A DNA stretch of 64,000 nt from Gammaproteobacteria bacterium (GTDB taxonomy: Bacteria > Pseudomonadota > Gammaproteobacteria > UBA4575). This document shows, piece by piece, positions 59,750-64,000 of the stretch. The notes beneath the pieces were generated by a model. The model saw only the letters and a program-made list of their open reading frames with translations. It did no database searches and was not told the origin of the DNA. The DNA is taken from the NCBI GenBank assembly GCA_965221955.1, contig CBDCTA010000022.1:126103-190102 (forward strand), in the 5' to 3' direction. A program made the translations under genes and the position numbers. Position 1 is the stretch's first letter; the number at the start of each line of letters is the position of its first letter.

Positions 59750-61066
59750 TCAATGATTATTTCCGTTTATGGTGATTCGATTTGCAGGAAAACTACAGAT
59801 AAACCGGCTGCCTCTACCCAACTCGCTCTCGATTTCAAGATTGCCTTCATGACGCCCCAGAATATGCTTTACGATTGATAAACCTAAACCAGTACCGCCT
59901 TTCTCGCGAGAACGCCCTGCATCCACACGGTAAAAGCGTTCAGTCAATCTTTCGATATGCTCTTTTGCAATACCTTGACCACGATCTTCAACGATCAGTT
60001 GTGCGGAACCATCGTCTATCAAATCCCAAGTAACCATAATACTTGCACCTGGATCAGTATGCTTCACCGCATTGTTGATTAAATTAGAAACTACACTATG
60101 AATTTCTTGTAGATCACCTTTAATCATTGCTTTAGTTTTTATTTGTGTAGAAATATTATGGTTGGTAAACCAAGTTGAAAGCTTTGCGTCTTCAACCACT
60201 TCAGAAATTAAAGACTCAATAGGAATTGCTTCTACGTCTTCCGCAACCGAGCCTGTTGATTCTAGGCGCGACAAAGTAAGCAAGTCTTCAACCAGTTGCT
60301 TCATACGATGCGCCTGTATTTCCGCAGCATGAATTGCGGTATTGCATTCATCGGGTAAACCTTGGTGCATCGAGAGCGATTCTAAGTAGCCTAAAATTAC
60401 TGTGAGAGGTGTACGCAATTCGTGTGAAGCGTTGGAAATAAAACTACGGCGCATTTCATAGATACGCGCGGATTGCGACATGTCCTGGCCAATTAAAACC
60501 AACTTGCTTTCACCAAAAGGAATAATGCGAACACTCAGTTCAGGCTCATGTACTGAAGAGCCCCTAACTTCTAAAGGCTGATCAAATTTCCTTGCATTAA
60601 AGTAATCTGTAAAAGATGGATTGCGCACCAGTTGCGTAATCCGAGTATTTTTATCACCTTCAGGATCTATTTGTAATAAATCATGCGCGGCCTGATTGGC
60701 AGATAAAATTTCTCCATTGGCACCCATCACCACCACAGCATCGGGCAATGCAGAAATCATTTGCTTATATTGATTAATTAAATCCTGAAGCTCAGCTTTT
60801 TTAACCTGATGTGACTTTTGTAGATCGACAATATTAGAGACATGCTGATCCGCAATGCCTAAGTACTCTGGAGCATCATCGACCTTTGCCCCACCATCCA
60901 ACCACTGTTTGAGTGTGACTAGCTGCCTAGCGGTCCACAATCCATAGACAACTAAACCAAGTATAAAAAAGAGTGGTAAGTGTCCTGTAAAAAAACCAAT
61001 CAGAACGCATGGTACAAAAACTAATAGAATTCTATTTAGTTCAGATAACCACGCGCTAATTGACAT
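59750..61066 (-). CDS. phoR: phosphate regulon sensor histidine kinase PhoR
   Basis: 438 aa with two N-terminal TM segments, a PAS domain, the H-box SHELRTPLT, and an HATPase domain (GTGLGLSIVKH). Confidence 0.9.
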   Translation of the reverse strand: MSISAWLSELNRILLVFVPCVLIGFFTGHLPLFFILGLVVYGLWTARQLVTLKQWLDGGAKVDDAPEYLGIADQHVSNIVDLQKSHQVKKAELQDLINQYKQMISALPDAVVVMGANGEILSANQAAHDLLQIDPEGDKNTRITQLVRNPSFTDYFNARKFDQPLEVRGSSVHEPELSVRIIPFGESKLVLIGQDMSQSARIYEMRRSFISNASHELRTPLTVILGYLESLSMHQGLPDECNTAIHAAEIQAHRMKQLVEDLLTLSRLESTGSVAEDVEAIPIESLISEVVEDAKLSTWFTNHNISTQIKTKAMIKGDLQEIHSVVSNLINNAVKHTDPGASIMVTWDLIDDGSAQLIVEDRGQGIAKEHIERLTERFYRVDAGRSREKGGTGLGLSIVKHILGRHEGNLEIESELGRGSRFICSFPANRITINGNNH

Positions 61067-61755
61067 TATTTCTTTTCGGAAAATCGATAACCGTAACCGC
61101 GTACGGTTTGAATCATGTGATCACAACTAAATGGCTTGAGTAGTTTTCTTAAACGCACAATATGGACATCCACGGTGCGCTCTTCAACATACATGTTACG
61201 GCCCCACACATAATCTAACAACTGGTTACGAGAATAAACTCGATCTGGATGGGTCATAAAAAACTCTAGCAAACGAAACTCTGTAGGCCCCATATCAAGC
61301 GAGGTATCATTCACATAAGCACGGTGTGCGTTTAAATCTAATTTAATGGGCTCAATCTGTACTTCATTATCAATACTACCCGAACCTCTTCTCAACACAG
61401 CACGTATTCGTGCTGTCAGTTCCTTAACCGAAAATGGTTTTGTTATGTAATCATCTGCGCCAGAATCAAGTCCGTCAATCTTATCGCGCTCTTCCACACG
61501 TGCGGTTAACATAATTACTGGGATTTCTTGCATTGCATCTTTGCGTTTCCACCGACGTAACAACTCTAGCCCACTGGTATCTGGCAACATCCAATCAAGA
61601 AGAATTAAGTCAGGTAAGTTATTTGCAATTTGAAGTTCTGCTGAAGCACCATCTTCCGCTTCATCAATAGCATAACCTTCTTGCCCTAATGCAAAAGACA
61701 CCATTTCACGTATGGAATGCTCATCTTCTACCAATAAAATACGTTTACTGCTCAT
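61066..61755 (-). CDS. phoB: phosphate regulon response regulator PhoB
   Basis: I prefer the start MSSKRILLVEDEH (61755). Winged-helix C-terminus VDVHIVRLRKLL..TVRGYGYRF. Overlaps the phoR start by 1 nt. Confidence 0.9.
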   Translation of the reverse strand: MSSKRILLVEDEHSIREMVSFALGQEGYAIDEAEDGASAELQIANNLPDLILLDWMLPDTSGLELLRRWKRKDAMQEIPVIMLTARVEERDKIDGLDSGADDYITKPFSVKELTARIRAVLRRGSGSIDNEVQIEPIKLDLNAHRAYVNDTSLDMGPTEFRLLEFFMTHPDRVYSRNQLLDYVWGRNMYVEERTVDVHIVRLRKLLKPFSCDHMIQTVRGYGYRFSEKK

Positions 61756-61940
61756 ATTTTGAGCCTTAATGTAATTCTGCGACTGATGTACTTCTGCAAC
61801 ATATTGATTTTGCATGATTGTAACCTGCAATGATAATGATGGCGCATTATTTTCTGCATTTGTTACAGAACTATTAATTACCTTTAAATCAATAGGATGT
61901 GAAGGCCAGATTAATTTAGGTACAACTTCAAGCTTCAAAC

Positions 61941-61980
61941 GTGTAACAAAATTGTAATATTTTATTCATATTGGTTTCAC
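61941..61980. promoter_or_regulatory. putative tandem Pho boxes in the divergent phoB / porin intergenic region
   Basis: GTGTAACaaaaTTGTAATatttTATTCATattgGTTTCAC: four 7-mers spaced exactly 11 bp apart (61941, 61952, 61963, 61974). Confidence 0.55.
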
Positions 61981-62042
61981 AGACATTGCGCAAGATTCTC
62001 AACCTGTAAATTAATAATTATCAAGTAACAGGGAGGCTCTTC

Positions 62043-63332
62043 GTGAGACTTAAACATTTCATGATTGCGGCAACAAGCGCAATCACATTATTCAGTTTTA
62101 GCACTGCAGCATTTGCAGGTGCAGTCACTTCTAAAGAAGAAATTGCTATTAGCACTACTGGTGGTGGTATCAAAATAAAATCCGATAACGGCAACTCGTT
62201 CCAATTGGGTGGCCGCATCATGTATGACATGGATTTTTTTGATGGATTATATAACTCAGGTTTTGCGCCTGGTGCAGACGAATTAGGTAATGATTCCTCA
62301 GAAGCCGAATTTCGTCGCACACGTCTAGAAATGAAAGGCTCTGTTGCTAAAACTTGGGGCTATAAGTTTGTTGTCGATGTTGATGAAGGTGAGGCCGAAA
62401 TTGACACTGGTTACATAACTTATAAGGGCTTTAGTTTTGCAGATGTAGTGCTTGGACGTTTTAAAGCGCCTTTTGGGTTAGAAGAACTCACAAGTTCCAA
62501 GTGGATTTCAACCATAGAACGTTCTCCAACATCTGAAATTGGATTCTTAAACGGTAAACCTTCATTCCAATTAGGACTTAAAGGCCATACAGAGAACCTA
62601 TTTTGGGGTACAAGCATCATTGATGAGGATAATGAAGATAGTGATGGCAAAGATTCATATAGCTTAGCGGGTCGCCTTGGTGGTCATTTTGCGGTTGGCG
62701 AAAATGGATTTGTTCACTTAGCAGGTTCATATGCGATGCGAGATTTTGGCGATGACGGCGAAAATCGATTCCGCACTCGTTTAGGTGTGCATACAACCGG
62801 TCGTGTAACAGCAGGGCGTTTTGGTGTTGATGATGCAGAGCAATATGGTTTAGAAGCTGCAGGCGTATTTGGCCCATTTTCTCTACAAGGCGAATACAGA
62901 ATGGCTGAATTCGATGAGGGCGATGAATCAGCACCAGGTTCTGGTGTCAACAATAATGGGCGCACCGTTTCTGATGTAGACGTAGATGGTTATTATCTAC
63001 AAGCCAGTTATTTCTTAACTGGTGAGTCACGCGGTTACAAAGGTAAAGACGGAAAATTTGACAAAGTGAAACCTAAAGGTCCACGTGGAGCTTGGGAACT
63101 TGTTGCTAAATACGAAGATGGTGAAGTCGATGCTGACGCAACACCTAGTGATGCAGAGTACGAATTACTTACACTTGGTGTGAATTGGTATGCAAACAAT
63201 AACCTCAAGTTTATGCTGAATTACCTCGATGCTGATACAGATAACTTTACCTCTATAAATGGGGATAGCTTAGATGTGGTAGGTGAAGAAGACGGCAATG
63301 CTATTTCACTTCGCGCTCAATACGCATTCTAA
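62043..63332 (+). CDS. phosphate-selective porin (OprO/OprP family-like outer-membrane beta-barrel)
   Basis: 429 aa with a GTG start after GGGAGG, signal peptide ..FSFSTAAFA|GAV, alternating beta-strand pattern, and C-terminal ..SLRAQYAF. Location beside phoBR and the Pho boxes supports the call. Confidence 0.65.
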   Translation: MRLKHFMIAATSAITLFSFSTAAFAGAVTSKEEIAISTTGGGIKIKSDNGNSFQLGGRIMYDMDFFDGLYNSGFAPGADELGNDSSEAEFRRTRLEMKGSVAKTWGYKFVVDVDEGEAEIDTGYITYKGFSFADVVLGRFKAPFGLEELTSSKWISTIERSPTSEIGFLNGKPSFQLGLKGHTENLFWGTSIIDEDNEDSDGKDSYSLAGRLGGHFAVGENGFVHLAGSYAMRDFGDDGENRFRTRLGVHTTGRVTAGRFGVDDAEQYGLEAAGVFGPFSLQGEYRMAEFDEGDESAPGSGVNNNGRTVSDVDVDGYYLQASYFLTGESRGYKGKDGKFDKVKPKGPRGAWELVAKYEDGEVDADATPSDAEYELLTLGVNWYANNNLKFMLNYLDADTDNFTSINGDSLDVVGEEDGNAISLRAQYAF

Positions 63333-63360
63333 AAACTCTTAGTTACTCCTCTGAGTTTTA

Positions 63361-63396
63361 AAGGCCGTCTACTGAAAAGCAGATGGCCTTTTTTAT
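63361..63396 (+). terminator. rho-independent terminator after the porin gene
   Basis: AAGGCCGTCTactgaaaagcAGATGGCCTTTTTTAT: a stem with one G-U pair followed by a T-run. Confidence 0.7.
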
Positions 63397-63425
63397 GTTT
63401 CATTAATCTTTAAAAATATTTACTT

Positions 63426-64000
63426 ATGTATAACAAAAAATCAGTTTTATATTCTTTATTACTAAGTTTGAGTTTTTCACTAGTAATATCAAATGTTCAG
63501 GCTGAACCATTTTTAGACAGGATTTTGGTTTATCAACCTGATAGCAAATGCAAATCAACCGAAATCATAAGCATTCAGCAAAGCACTAAACGGTTGGTGT
63601 TGTCATGTAGTAGCGAAGGAATCGTAGAGCTCATATCAATTGAAGATCCATCTCTACCCATACCTTTAAATCAATTTAAAGTTTCGAGTGATGAAGAAAT
63701 AAGCGCGGTCACTTTTCACCCAACTGAAAACCTATTTGCAACAGCTGTAATCAATAATGATCCTTTTGCTGCAGGCAGTGTGCAAATACATAATGCAAGT
63801 ACCGGCGAAATTACAAACACTTTTGCAGCTGGTGTTCATCCAGATGGAATAGCCTTTAGTCCAAATGGAAAATATTTAGTCGTCGCGAACGAAGGTGAAG
63901 CATATCACTACAACGGTAATGAATATGAATCACCTGAAGGTAGTGTCACATTTATTGAGTTTAGTAGCACAACTCACGCTAAAGCAACGCAATTAAATCT
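63426..64000 (+). CDS. secreted beta-propeller-like protein, 5' part only (runs off the window end)
   Basis: Open frame from ATG 63426 to the window edge. Signal peptide MYNKKSVLYSLLLSLSFSLVISNVQA|EP. The ..VHPDGIAFSPNGKYLVVANEGE.. pattern is seen in choice-of-anchor-I / phytase-like propeller proteins. Confidence 0.5.
   Translation, partial: MYNKKSVLYSLLLSLSFSLVISNVQAEPFLDRILVYQPDSKCKSTEIISIQQSTKRLVLSCSSEGIVELISIEDPSLPIPLNQFKVSSDEEISAVTFHPTENLFATAVINNDPFAAGSVQIHNASTGEITNTFAAGVHPDGIAFSPNGKYLVVANEGEAYHYNGNEYESPEGSVTFIEFSSTTHAKATQLN

Noticed and set aside
61756-61938. 61-codon N-terminal extension of the PhoB ORF (MKLEVVPKLIW...)
   Set aside because: Response regulators begin at the receiver domain (MSSKRILLVEDE). 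The extension has no homology signal and covers the promoter region, so it is an open frame by chance.
1-64000. CRISPR arrays, IS elements or transposases, prophage, and toxin-antitoxin or known defence systems
   Set aside because: There are no direct-repeat/spacer arrays, no transposase-, integrase- (other than xerC) or phage-like ORFs, and no nuclease/ATPase pairs typical of defence islands on either strand.

Overview
This is a 64-kb chromosomal segment of a roughly 40% GC gammaproteobacterium. Gene order resembles Pseudomonadales/Oceanospirillales: ubiE-ubiJ-ubiB-uvrD, hslVU, lptM-lysA...dapF-DUF484-xerC, argH / algZ-algR-hemCDXY, gmk-rpoZ-spoT-ridA-recG, and a complete Pho block (phoBR, pstSCAB-phoU, phosphate porin). 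Most of the window is densely packed housekeeping DNA. I found no rRNA, tRNA, CRISPR array, prophage, IS element or recognisable defence system. The parts that deserve a second look are listed here. (1) polA at the left edge is broken by at least five frameshifts and an in-frame stop. Isolated single-base frame breaks also occur in an esterase gene, a TauE-family permease gene and a repeat lipoprotein gene, so assembly error must be excluded. (2) Upstream of gmk is a chain of stop/start-overlapping mini-ORFs that are diverged tandem copies of the gmk N-terminus. (3) A tandem pair of orphan paralogous proteins (196 and 391 aa) sits behind a 380-bp AT-rich region; the longer one carries a very lysine-rich insert. 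(4) An exported agmatine-deiminase/PAD-family gene is bracketed by two inverted copies of a ~125-bp element that has its own terminal inverted repeats. (5) A 144-bp hairpin-forming element lies between algR and hemC, with truncated relatives upstream of two other genes. (6) A 10-gene Mrp-like operon has archaeal-type order (E-F-G-B-B-C-D-D-x-D) and three antiporter-type subunits. (7) rpoZ is twice the normal length. All functional calls rest on motif recognition by eye and on synteny. No database search was possible.
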